NCBI GenBank assembly: GCA_965237675.1
Contig: OZ250150.1
Coordinates: 480,001-544,000 of the forward strand
DNA length: 64,000 nucleotides
Direction of reading: 5' to 3'
From: Candidatus Latescibacterota bacterium
GTDB taxonomy: Bacteria > Latescibacterota > UBA2968 > GCA-2709665
The notes beneath the pieces were generated by a model that worked only from the letters and a program-made list of their open reading frames with translations, did no database searches and was not told the DNA's origin. The stretch's first letter is position 1; each line of letters opens with the position of its first letter. Positions 29,766-39,269 of the stretch are shown here, piece by piece. Made by a program: the position numbers and the translations under genes.

Positions 29766-31745
29766 ATGGCCGACGTCCGGGCGGAAGGTCTGCGAGGTCG
29801 AACCCCTGGCGAACGCAGGATGTCAGGGGAGGATGTGCGGGACGGACTGACGGGTCGGGCATTCCTGATCGGGCTTGCCCTTTGCCTCTTTCTGGCAGTG
29901 GCGATCCCGTACAACCGCATGGTGATCCAGGGCACGTCTCTCCACTTCTATTTTGTGGATCGAGGCGTCTTGTTCGTTTTTCTGTGTCTGATCCTCCTTG
30001 TAAACGTCGTCCTGAAGCCAGAGCACACACTGAAGCGGGGAGAACTCCTGTGCATCTTTTCGATGCTTCTGGTGTCGATGCCCACCCTGTGGATGGTCAA
30101 GTGGCTGATCGCCTTCCTGACCGGCATGACCTACTACGCTTCTCCGGAGCGTCCCGATCTGGAGGCGGTGCTGCCCCATGTTCTCCCGTGGACGGCCCCC
30201 CAGAACGCCGAGGCCGTGCGGGGGTTCTACGAGGGGCTGCCGCAACACGATCCCATTCCCTGGCTGGCCTGGCTGGCCCCGCTGTCGAGCTGGGGTTCGT
30301 TTTTCCTGGTATTGTTCGGGGTGCTGATATGCATCTCCGTGATTTTTCGCAAACAGTGGTCAGAACACGAGCGGTTTGCATTCCCGATTCTACAGGTGCC
30401 GCTGGAGATGGCGGAAACGGGAAGTGGGCGGTTGGGTCCCCTGTTCAGGAACAGGCTGATGTGGGCGGGGTTTTCGATTCCTTTTCTGATCGGTACGATC
30501 AATGGGCTGAATCACTATTTCTATACGCTGCCCAGAATCCGGATGGGGACGATGCTCCGGATCTTTCAGGGCACGACGCCATTGCCCCTCAGACTGCACT
30601 TTGCCATTCTCGGGTATTCGTACTTTGTGAACCTGGACGTAAGCCTGAGCATCTGGCTGTTCAACGTGATCTCCAAGGTCATCCGGGGGATGCTTGCGGT
30701 GCTCGGAGCCGAGTATACCGATGTGTCCGGGATGGTCGGTCGGTTCAGTTCCCGGGGTTCGTCGTTTCTGGCGTTGACAGGGATGGGTTATATGCTGGTG
30801 CTGGCCGCCTACAGCGCATGGACCGCAAGGGGCCACCTGCGAGGGGTTTTCGCCAGGGCGCTGGGAAGGCCGTCGAATGCCGACGATTCCGATGAAGTCA
30901 TCTCCTACCGCGCGGCTGTTCTCGGGGCCCTGGGTGGGTTGGTGTATCTCGGGTGCTGGCTCCACCAGGCCGGAATCTCGCTACCATTGATTTTGTTTCT
31001 GTTTTTTTCCTGTATCGTGGTGTTTTTTGTACTGGCCCGGATTGTGAGCGAGACGGGGTTCGTAGCTACCTACTCGCCGATCAACCCCGCGGAGTTTGTG
31101 GTCTGTGCGACGGGTTCCTCTGCGTTCAGCCCGGCGGGGCTCGTGACGCTCGGGTTCGGCTACGCCTGGACAATGACGCGGGTCAGCAATGTGATGCCCC
31201 GCGCTCTGGGGGCTTTGTGGCTGTCGAGGGAGATGAAGCGCAAACGCGGCATGATCTGGGCGATGGGCGCGGCGATGGCGGTTGGGCTGATTACGGCAAG
31301 CGTGATGACGCTGGACCTGGGCTATGCGCGCGGCGGCCTGAACCTGGACCGGCACTTCCGCGATTATTCGCGCATCCCTTTCGATGCCTTTGTGGGTACC
31401 CGAATGCTGGAGCCGAGTCCCGTCTTCACTAAGGGGTTGCTCTATACCGGCCTGGGGATGGGGGTTGCGGGTCTGTTAACCCTGCTGAGAATGCGCCTTA
31501 GATGGTGGCCTCTACACCCGGTGGCGCTGCCCTTGAGTACAATCTGGTACACGGATACCTATTTTTTCAGTGTGTTCCTGGCCTGGGGGATGAAGGCGAT
31601 CGTGTTGAAATTCGGAGGGGCGAGGCTTTACCGTAGAACCCGGCCGGTTTTCATGGGTATAATTCTGGGAGAGGCGACATGCGCGGGTGTGTGGGCCATT
31701 GTGGACTATTTTAATGGAATGATCGGGAACCGGATCTTCGTATAA
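29766..31745 (+). CDS. DUF6785/DUF6784 membrane protein, paralog 3
   Basis: Same motifs as paralogs 1 and 2. Confidence 0.75.
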   Translation: MADVRAEGLRGRTPGERRMSGEDVRDGLTGRAFLIGLALCLFLAVAIPYNRMVIQGTSLHFYFVDRGVLFVFLCLILLVNVVLKPEHTLKRGELLCIFSMLLVSMPTLWMVKWLIAFLTGMTYYASPERPDLEAVLPHVLPWTAPQNAEAVRGFYEGLPQHDPIPWLAWLAPLSSWGSFFLVLFGVLICISVIFRKQWSEHERFAFPILQVPLEMAETGSGRLGPLFRNRLMWAGFSIPFLIGTINGLNHYFYTLPRIRMGTMLRIFQGTTPLPLRLHFAILGYSYFVNLDVSLSIWLFNVISKVIRGMLAVLGAEYTDVSGMVGRFSSRGSSFLALTGMGYMLVLAAYSAWTARGHLRGVFARALGRPSNADDSDEVISYRAAVLGALGGLVYLGCWLHQAGISLPLILFLFFSCIVVFFVLARIVSETGFVATYSPINPAEFVVCATGSSAFSPAGLVTLGFGYAWTMTRVSNVMPRALGALWLSREMKRKRGMIWAMGAAMAVGLITASVMTLDLGYARGGLNLDRHFRDYSRIPFDAFVGTRMLEPSPVFTKGLLYTGLGMGVAGLLTLLRMRLRWWPLHPVALPLSTIWYTDTYFFSVFLAWGMKAIVLKFGGARLYRRTRPVFMGIILGEATCAGVWAIVDYFNGMIGNRIFV

Positions 31746-31772
31746 GCGGCGTTCACCTCAAAGGGAGACGGA

Positions 31773-33320
31773 ATGGATATTTTCGACATGAACTGTATGC
31801 TGGGACCCACGCGTACAGACCGCGAGCCGTGCTTTCGGACGCCCGGGGCGCTGCTGGCCGAGATGGATCGACTGGGCATCTCGGAAGCCCTGGTCTACGC
31901 GAGCTACGCGGCAATGGGACATCCGGCGGACGCGAACGCATGGGTGGTGGAGGCCACGCGTTCCCATCCGCGCCTGCACCCGTGCTGGGCGGTGTTGCCG
32001 CCGGGAACAGGGGAACTGCCGGAGCCGGAAAAGCTGGTGGCGCAGATGCGCGCCCAGGGGGTGCGGGCGGCCAGGATATTTCCGGGCGTACACGGTTTTC
32101 CGTTGCTGGAACGAATTCTGCGGCCGCTGTTGAAAGCGCTCGCCGAAGCGGGAATTCCTTTGCTTCTGGACGAGGGACGCACGAGCTGGAGCCAGCTCAC
32201 GGACTGGCGATCGGTCTTTGAAATCTCAGAGGCGCACCCCGCGCTGCCGCTCGTGCTGATACGGGAAGGCGGCACTACCGCGAGGGCGCTGTTCGGGGTT
32301 TGGGATACGTTTCCCAACCTCTATGTCGAGACGTCCTACATCCAGGAGTCGCGGATCGTGGAGGAGATTTCAGAGCGTTTCGGACGCCGGCGGTTGTTGT
32401 TCGGAACGGGGATGCCCGCCTGGGACCCGGGAGGGCCGCTGGGCCTTCTGGAAGGCGCGCGGATATCCCGGAATCAGCGGGCCGATATCGCCGGGAACAG
32501 CCTCCGGCGGCTGCTGGATCTTCCTGAGCGCGAGGCAGGTGCGGCGCGGGTCTGGCCCTGCGGTGCGGGCGGGTTCCGCGTGTTTGACGTTCACGGGCAC
32601 CTGGGCAGGTTTCATTCGAAGTACCACCTGGACTGGTCGGCCGAACAGATGGTGTCGCGGATGGACGAAGTGGGAGTGGAGCGGTTTGCGGTCAGCCATT
32701 TTCTGGCCATCGGAGCCGACTACCGGACGGGCAACGACCGGATCGGGGCAGGCGTGGCGGCCTTTCCGGATCGGCTCGCGGGATACGTGGTCTACAATCC
32801 GAATTACGAATCGGAGATGGCCGATGAGATGGCGCGCGGATTCGACGAACTCGGTTGCCGGGGCATCAAGCTCCACTGCGGGCTTCACGACACGTCAACC
32901 GAGGATCCACGCTACCGTCTGGCGTTTCAGACGGCGCACGAGCGGAACTGTCCCATGCTTTGCCATGTCAGCTACGGACCGTCTCCCGCTTTTTTAATGG
33001 ATACGCTTGCGGCGTTCCCCAATGCGAAGTTCATCTATGCCCACCTCGGCGGAGGAAGCCGCGAGGGTCTGAAGCCCTTTCTTGATGTAGCCCACGCGCG
33101 GCCGAATCTGTTTTTCGATCTGGGTTACTCGAAAATGGCTCGTGGCACCCTCGCCTGGCTGGTCGAGCAGGCGCCGCCAACGCAGATCCTGTACGGATCG
33201 GACCATCCGGTAAACGGGTTTACGTACCAACTCGGACGGGTGCTGTATGCAGACATTCCAGACGCGTTGAAGCGCATAATTCTATGGGACAATGCGGCCA
33301 GAATATTCGGCGTGCAATAG
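31773..33320 (+). CDS. Tandem amidohydrolase_2 (two TIM-barrel domains)
   Basis: Second domain has DVHGH, GIKLH, AHLGG and LYGSDHP. First domain has degenerate ligands (DMNCM, LLFGTGMP). Confidence 0.75.
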   Translation: MDIFDMNCMLGPTRTDREPCFRTPGALLAEMDRLGISEALVYASYAAMGHPADANAWVVEATRSHPRLHPCWAVLPPGTGELPEPEKLVAQMRAQGVRAARIFPGVHGFPLLERILRPLLKALAEAGIPLLLDEGRTSWSQLTDWRSVFEISEAHPALPLVLIREGGTTARALFGVWDTFPNLYVETSYIQESRIVEEISERFGRRRLLFGTGMPAWDPGGPLGLLEGARISRNQRADIAGNSLRRLLDLPEREAGAARVWPCGAGGFRVFDVHGHLGRFHSKYHLDWSAEQMVSRMDEVGVERFAVSHFLAIGADYRTGNDRIGAGVAAFPDRLAGYVVYNPNYESEMADEMARGFDELGCRGIKLHCGLHDTSTEDPRYRLAFQTAHERNCPMLCHVSYGPSPAFLMDTLAAFPNAKFIYAHLGGGSREGLKPFLDVAHARPNLFFDLGYSKMARGTLAWLVEQAPPTQILYGSDHPVNGFTYQLGRVLYADIPDALKRIILWDNAARIFGVQ

Positions 33321-33353
33321 TAGATTCTCAATCAAACGAGGAGGTCTTCATCC

Positions 33354-35066
33354 ATGCAAATCGGCATTCTGACGCACCCGCCCGATCTCTCGGACTATAT
33401 CGCGGAGATTTTCCAAACCTGGGGACTTGCCGTTTTCGATCGTATTCGTACGGACCGCATGGAGGGACTGGATCCGGCGTCCACTCCCGTACTGGTCTGT
33501 CCGGCAGCCGAAAGGGATGCGCAGACGCACGAGTTTCTTGTCGGATATGCGAGGCGCGGCGGCACGGTGGTGACGTTCTTGCCCAGGGATGCGCTAGCCG
33601 ACGCCGCGGGGCTGGTCTACGAAGGGGCCAAGACCGCGCCCCTTCGCCTGCGTCCTGTGCGTTATCCGGCGGCGGGCGTTTCAGGTGAGGACTTCCCGGT
33701 CGTAGGGGAGGCAGGTCATTACGTTGCGCGACCCGGCGCGGGATCGGGTTTAGCCTATCTGTACCACCCGGACGGATTTGAGGGAGAGTCAGTCGGGGTA
33801 ATCGAAACGCCAACCGGAAAGGGTCGTATCGTCGCCTTCGCTTTCGACCTGCCCAGGTGCGTGTTCACCCTCCGGCAGGGCGATCCGGATCAGGTCGAGC
33901 GGGCGGTGGACGGGAATGTACGGGCGGATTCCATAGGAATCGACCTGGGTCCGGCGGACAGCGGCCTGATGCCATTTGCCGATCTGCTGGCGCGGTGGCT
34001 GGTGGAACTGGTCTGCCGGTTTGTTCCGGCGCCCATGCCCGTGCTGTGGCATCTGCCGGGAGAGGCGGCCGCCCTTGTGCTCTACTCGGGCGACGAGGAT
34101 GGGGCGGAGATTTCGGCGGTGGAGCAGGAATTCCGGGAAGTAACGGCGTCCGGGGCGCGCATGAATCTCTATATCATTCCTATCGGTACGGATTCGACGG
34201 CCGCGGACGTGCAGCGGTATCGTCAGAACCACGACGTGGGACCGCATCCGAACCTCCGGTCCCTGGACGGAACACCGATACCGGAGCGCGTCGCGGAATT
34301 CGAGCGACAGATTCTGCTCTTCGAAAAAATGTACGGGTTCAAGCCCACGAGCGTCCGCAACCACTGCCTGTCCTGGGCGGGATACCTCGAACTGGTGGAA
34401 GCGGAGGCGCGGCTGGGTATCCGGATGGATGCGAACTATCTGTGCTCCGCGTATATGCGGGACCGGTGCAGTGGTCCGTACCATCTCAGGGGTGCGGCTA
34501 TGCCGATGCGATTCTGCCACCCGGACGGCCGCATGGTCGACGTGCTCCAGCAGCACACCCACCTGTCCGACGACGTCTGGTTCCAGGAGAGCGCGCCCAA
34601 ATCCTTCCATTATTCGCCAGAGATGTATGGCGTACTTGTGGACCGCATCCTTGACGACAGCGCCACGCGATTCCACATGCCATACGGCGTGATCCTGCAC
34701 CCGGGAAACTGGGTGAGATACTCGAGGGAGCATGGCCTGGTTCTGCTGAAGAAGGCGGCGGAACGGAACATCCCCGTCTGGTCCTACGATCAGTGGTGCG
34801 ACTTCTGGCTTCTTCGGGACCGTTGGCGTCTGGAAAGTCTGTCCTGGCGAGACCGCACGCTGAAGTTCAACGCCACGGGCGCGCCTGACGACGGAAATCT
34901 TCGCTGGCTGATTCCCGCGACTTTTGGTGGCCGGGGGCTGAGCGCATTGTCGGTGGACGGCCAGCCCGAGCCATACAATATCGTCTCCCGGTATGGCCAG
35001 AGCGTGGCGCTGGTGCCATTGGGCTGTGGAAGGGCAACGTGCGAGATAGAGGCTGTTTACTGCTGA
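33354..35066 (+). CDS. Polysaccharide deacetylase-like protein with N-terminal GATase-like domain
   Basis: YARRGGTVV; SGDED, VGPHP, R.H.L.W and LHP motifs. Confidence 0.55.
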   Translation: MQIGILTHPPDLSDYIAEIFQTWGLAVFDRIRTDRMEGLDPASTPVLVCPAAERDAQTHEFLVGYARRGGTVVTFLPRDALADAAGLVYEGAKTAPLRLRPVRYPAAGVSGEDFPVVGEAGHYVARPGAGSGLAYLYHPDGFEGESVGVIETPTGKGRIVAFAFDLPRCVFTLRQGDPDQVERAVDGNVRADSIGIDLGPADSGLMPFADLLARWLVELVCRFVPAPMPVLWHLPGEAAALVLYSGDEDGAEISAVEQEFREVTASGARMNLYIIPIGTDSTAADVQRYRQNHDVGPHPNLRSLDGTPIPERVAEFERQILLFEKMYGFKPTSVRNHCLSWAGYLELVEAEARLGIRMDANYLCSAYMRDRCSGPYHLRGAAMPMRFCHPDGRMVDVLQQHTHLSDDVWFQESAPKSFHYSPEMYGVLVDRILDDSATRFHMPYGVILHPGNWVRYSREHGLVLLKKAAERNIPVWSYDQWCDFWLLRDRWRLESLSWRDRTLKFNATGAPDDGNLRWLIPATFGGRGLSALSVDGQPEPYNIVSRYGQSVALVPLGCGRATCEIEAVYC

Positions 35067-35150
35067 AGGCACGGCAATCGCCGTTTGAGAGCGCACCGGA
35101 TAGAGCGGCTCGACCGATACACAACAACCGAACGATGAAGGAGGCGGCGC

Positions 35151-35792
35151 ATGCAGAAACTGGTCTTCCTGGGCATCGGATCCAACAACTCGGACATTCT
35201 GGACGCCGTCGTGGAAATCAATGCCTTGAAGCCGACCTACGATGTGCTCGGATATGTAACTAGAGACGGCAACCCCATAGAGAAAGGCGGGCTGAAACAC
35301 CTGGGTGACTTTGAGTCGGTAGGCGCCCTTCCGGAGGATGTGCAGATTACCGGCTTTGCCTTCGGTCCAGGCAGCTATCAGACCTGGCCGGATACGGTGG
35401 CCGGGCTGGGCCTGCCGCGGGAACGGTTCGCCACAATCGTCCATCCCCGCGCGTTTGTTTCCGCACAAAGCACGGTGGGACGGGGGTCGGTTGTTCTGGC
35501 GGGCACGACGTTGGGCGCATTTGTAACCATTGGCGACCACGTGATTGTCCTGCAGAATGTGGGCCTGTCCCACGACGACGTGATCGAAGACTACTCATGC
35601 CTTGCGGTGGGGGTGAGTTTCTCTGGGAGCGTTCGGGTGGGCCGGAACTGTTTTCTGGGAACGAACTCGACGATCATCGGCGCCGCAATCGGCGAGGGAA
35701 GCATGGTGGGCGCCGGCGCCCTGATCCGGCACGATGTGCCCGCAGGCGAAGTGTGGGTGGGAAATCCCGGGAGGTTTCTAAGAAAGGTCTGA
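35151..35792 (+). CDS. NeuD/PglD family sugar O-acyltransferase (hexapeptide repeats)
   Basis: TIVHP.A, HD..I, left-handed beta-helix repeats and VGNP.R; AAGGAGG RBS. Confidence 0.9.
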   Translation: MQKLVFLGIGSNNSDILDAVVEINALKPTYDVLGYVTRDGNPIEKGGLKHLGDFESVGALPEDVQITGFAFGPGSYQTWPDTVAGLGLPRERFATIVHPRAFVSAQSTVGRGSVVLAGTTLGAFVTIGDHVIVLQNVGLSHDDVIEDYSCLAVGVSFSGSVRVGRNCFLGTNSTIIGAAIGEGSMVGAGALIRHDVPAGEVWVGNPGRFLRKV

Positions 35793-35828
35793 GCGCACCG
35801 ACAGCAACCACTCATGATTTCCAACTGG

Positions 35829-36590
35829 CTATATTTCAGTTAACTCAGGCCATTTGATTTTCTTGTGGGTCAAAGGATCGCAAAGTATAAATCCACCCTG
35901 TATAGCAATCTGTTCAAGCGTTAAATCTGTTAAGATAGGTGCAATATTGTTTATCAAGTCGCCATGAATAGATTCAAGGCCCCCCGTTGTTCCGTGGTCT
36001 ATTGAAACTCTTTTGGGCACCCCAGGTTCATCGTGCATCTGTTTGAGTTTCTCAGCAGTCTCTGATGATAAGCTAAATGTCACCTGATCCTGAGAAACAT
36101 TACGATGAATCACTATCCATGGGGCTTCAGATCGCCACTTGGGTGGCTCAGGCGAATCGAACAGAAGCATAGCCCGTTCTGCAAGGACCTTATACTCTCT
36201 TGCCTCCTGTCCCCTTAGGCCGTAAGAGATACCAAATTTGACGGCGATATCTTGCCTGGAATCGGTGAAGGGTTCCTGCTTCTCTCGAAAGTGACGTTCA
36301 ATATCGTGTTCCTTTTGATGAAGGAAGTCACGAATGGGCTCTTTGTCGAGACCTTCCCTGCCAACGACATCGACAAAGCTCAGGACAGCATTGCTTCCCG
36401 GCACTAAATCCACAGATTCGGCGATGAGTTTTCCTGGATTTTGATTGGCGATTTGGTCAACGATACTATTGTCATTTTTCAAATTTTCGGGAAGGTCATG
36501 CTCTTCATGCTGGTGAAGGAAAACATTGACACCAACCTTGGCCCTCTCCCCCTTTATTCGTCGAACCCGCTGAGCGGTGAGGTACATCAA
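35829..36590 (-). CDS. Hypothetical protein (third gene of putative ART operon)
   Basis: 253-aa ORF whose start overlaps the upstream stop (TTGATG); GGAGG RBS inside the upstream gene. Confidence 0.7.
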   Translation of the reverse strand: MMYLTAQRVRRIKGERAKVGVNVFLHQHEEHDLPENLKNDNSIVDQIANQNPGKLIAESVDLVPGSNAVLSFVDVVGREGLDKEPIRDFLHQKEHDIERHFREKQEPFTDSRQDIAVKFGISYGLRGQEAREYKVLAERAMLLFDSPEPPKWRSEAPWIVIHRNVSQDQVTFSLSSETAEKLKQMHDEPGVPKRVSIDHGTTGGLESIHGDLINNIAPILTDLTLEQIAIQGGFILCDPLTHKKIKWPELTEI

Positions 36591-36874
36591 GCTACCTCCG
36601 TAAGAATCCGGGCCGGCGTCCTGAAATCGGAGTTCCTCCAGATATCCTTATGGGTCCGACCCCTGTACGAATTCGTCACGCTGGTGTCACGTATCAGAGA
36701 CTTCGTACCTTCGCTGTACAATAGTTGCTGTTCCTTTTCACTCAATTCATACCAGACCTTCTCCATTGCATCCAGAATGGTTTCTTCTTCTTCAGATTCA
36801 AAACCGGCATGCTGCCAACGAATATAAATAAGGTCGCGTTCTAAAGAACGATATCGTTTGTAAGCTTCACTCAT
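36587..36874 (-). CDS. Small acidic helical protein, candidate antitoxin/immunity
   Basis: 95 aa with ESEEEETILDAMEKVWYEL; ATGAGTGA overlap with the upstream gene. Confidence 0.65.
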   Translation of the reverse strand: MSEAYKRYRSLERDLIYIRWQHAGFESEEEETILDAMEKVWYELSEKEQQLLYSEGTKSLIRDTSVTNSYRGRTHKDIWRNSDFRTPARILTEVA

Positions 36875-37265
36875 GACATTTCACCCAATCTTCTCTTGTC
36901 CCATGTAGATTGGCCTCATATTCCCGGAACAAACAGCACATTAATGGCTCAACCAATGCGTGAGTTAGCCGGTCTCGACGCAGAACCAGAGAGGAAGGCA
37001 AGTCAATCACTCTAAACGAAAAAACAGGATCGCGCCCTTCGCCTCCCAGGGACTTGGGCAACCTTGATTTCGGTAGTCGCCCAACTGTATCCGGCGTAAC
37101 GGACATCCCTCCCGTCTTAGGGCGTACTCTGCAATTGTTTATCTCTATATCGGCATATTTTCCGCTGATGCGAACCCCCAATGTTCTTCCCGAACGTCCT
37201 GCGAGAGGTTTGCCATCTGAATCCTCCTTCATTGCTCGGAAAACAACCCGAGGATTTCTCTGCAT
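36867..37265 (-). CDS. Putative Tse2-like ADP-ribosyltransferase-fold toxin
   Basis: VFRAM (R), GGMSV (S), HALVEP and YE..L..T...W pattern recalled from Tse2-type ARTs. Confidence 0.5.
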   Translation of the reverse strand: MQRNPRVVFRAMKEDSDGKPLAGRSGRTLGVRISGKYADIEINNCRVRPKTGGMSVTPDTVGRLPKSRLPKSLGGEGRDPVFSFRVIDLPSSLVLRRDRLTHALVEPLMCCLFREYEANLHGTREDWVKCHE

Positions 37266-37325
37266 TCAGCAAGTCCTTCGCGTCGGCGTCTTTACACAGT
37301 TTCCAGTGAGAATGGTAAGTGAAAA

Positions 37326-37354
37326 AGAATAGCCACAAAATACGATTTCGTCAA
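37326..37354 (-). promoter_or_regulatory. Sigma70 promoter TTGACG-17-TATTCT
   Basis: Exact 17-nt spacing, about 60 nt upstream of the 37265 start. Confidence 0.55.
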
Positions 37355-37435
37355 GCGGCTAGAATTATTTTCTCTCAATTGTCAATGTCACCACTCCCGA
37401 CCCGGACCGCGTCAATCCCTGTGTTGATTCCCGAC

Positions 37436-38083
37436 TTACGGTGTCTCGCCGATCACAATATCAAATTTCGCCGTTAACTCACCGATTTCCGATCCGGGCA
37501 ACGGCTTGAACGGTACCGACAACAGATCGTCGGAAGCGCGGCCGGACCTCCGAAATATGGAATCCCTCTCATTGTCCGGGTTGCCCTTTACGTACAGTTG
37601 CGTGGTCAGAACCCGGTGTCCGTTTTTATTGACCGCGAAATGGATATGCGCGGTTCGGGCGCCGGAATACCTGACGGGCTTTATGGTCCGAAAACGATAT
37701 TCTCCCGTGGAACCCGTTTCAAATCGCCCGAAACCCTGGAAGTTCCGGTCTCGCCTGTTCCTCCGCGGGGCCTCGGTATGGATGTAGACGCCGTTGCTGT
37801 CGACCTGCCAGATTTCCACCACGGCATTTTTCACGGGTTTGCCGCTCAAGTCTGTAACGCGCCCGGTCAGATGTGTGATTTCTCCCACAGCCGGCGTAAT
37901 CGCGTCGTTGATGATCAGAAGATCGTTGTCGACATCCAGCGGCATCCTGTCCGGATAAAAAGGACCCTCGGTCTGCCACGGCGTTCGCATGAGTTGCTCG
38001 GCAAAAGCCCCTGGCGTCACAAACGCAACGGCGCCCAATGTCGCGGCACGACAGAGAAAGCGTCTTCGATCCATCGACATCAC
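37436..38083 (-). CDS. Intradiol ring-cleavage dioxygenase family protein with Tat signal
   Basis: DRRRFL twin-arginine signal; TEGPFYP, VEIWQ....G.Y, P..Y..RTAHIH and TTQLY motifs. Confidence 0.9.
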   Translation of the reverse strand: MMSMDRRRFLCRAATLGAVAFVTPGAFAEQLMRTPWQTEGPFYPDRMPLDVDNDLLIINDAITPAVGEITHLTGRVTDLSGKPVKNAVVEIWQVDSNGVYIHTEAPRRNRRDRNFQGFGRFETGSTGEYRFRTIKPVRYSGARTAHIHFAVNKNGHRVLTTQLYVKGNPDNERDSIFRRSGRASDDLLSVPFKPLPGSEIGELTAKFDIVIGETP

Positions 38084-38257
38084 GGCCTCCCTGGTTGGAA
38101 ACCTCCAGTTGAGTACTGATCCTTAGACCACGCCATCCGTCGGATTGTTCCCGCCCACCCTTGCCGATTCCGCAATCCCCAATCATACAACAGATCCCCA
38201 CTTGCAGCCGACCGGGCGGGGATCTGTTTTCGGATCCGACGACGGATTGGACGGCAA

Positions 38258-39168
38258 CTAAAAATTGTAGTGTGCGTTCATTTCGATGAAACTGTCGCGA
38301 CGGGTCGTGTAGGATAAATCCGTGTTTTAACGTCGAGAAGGGCGATCGCCTCCAGATGCACGGACCAACTGTCCGAAATGCGCCGGTTGAATTCAAAGTT
38401 TAACACGCGTGTGGTCGTGTCGATATCGTTCATCATGCTGTTGAGCATTTCGGTACTTCGGACGTCGTTGAACGCAAAACGCGCGGCAAGAAAGAGATCG
38501 TTCTGGAAGATATGGGTCGCATTTCGGCCCCGTCCGTCGTAATTCCACTCTCCGATCAGGCTCAGGTCGACCGCTGTGCCGAATACGGAACTTAACGTGT
38601 ATTCGCCGCCAAAGACGGACGCAACGTACTCCTCCTCCCTGCCGAGACGGTCTCGTGCGCCGGCGCGGCCGATCGCTTCGAACTTGAACAACCAGGATTC
38701 GACCGTCACCTGAACGTCCAATCCGAACTGCCGGATTCGCTCGTAGTACGGTACCAGAACCGGCTGTCCGTTTCGGTCCACGTCCGTTAACAGAAAGGGA
38801 TCCCTGCTGGTGCCATCGAATACGCTGAGGCCCACGTCGGCGGTTCCGAAACTGCGGCTGTAACGGGCGGCGAGATCCGGATCTTCGGGCAGGCGATGGA
38901 AGGCCGGATCGTCGCCGTGCATGTTTCTGTTGAGGCGTTTCATAATGTCCGAAAACACCTGGACATGGGTCACCTCGGGCTGCTGCCTGTACCACTCGGC
39001 GAAAGCGTCGATCCGGCGCAGATAGTCGGGATCGGTGATGCCGCCTTCGCGTCCCGCTTCCAGCGAATATTCCAGCTTGTCAAGCCCGGTGAGATTGTCG
39101 ATGATATAATCCGTATCGCGTCGGAACTCGTAACGATCATCGAAATACTGCGCCATGTTGTCGCTTAG
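38258..39168 (-). pseudogene. Chimeric relic: MMPL/RND transporter fragment fused to C-terminal outer-membrane beta-barrel fragment
   Basis: QQPEVTHV..SDIMKRLN..MH (RND) joins SRSFG..DVGLS..GTSR.P (barrel) at DLAARY. A frameshift near 38325 hides the ...HYNF* ending. 5' part cut by IS1380. Confidence 0.65.
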
Positions 39169-39269
39169 CCTGAATAATTCACAAAAAACGTAGTTTTCTT
39201 ACCCAAGTCATTGTATTATATTATGGTTAGACGAATAACCTTAACACAATAAACCGGGAGGAAACTACC

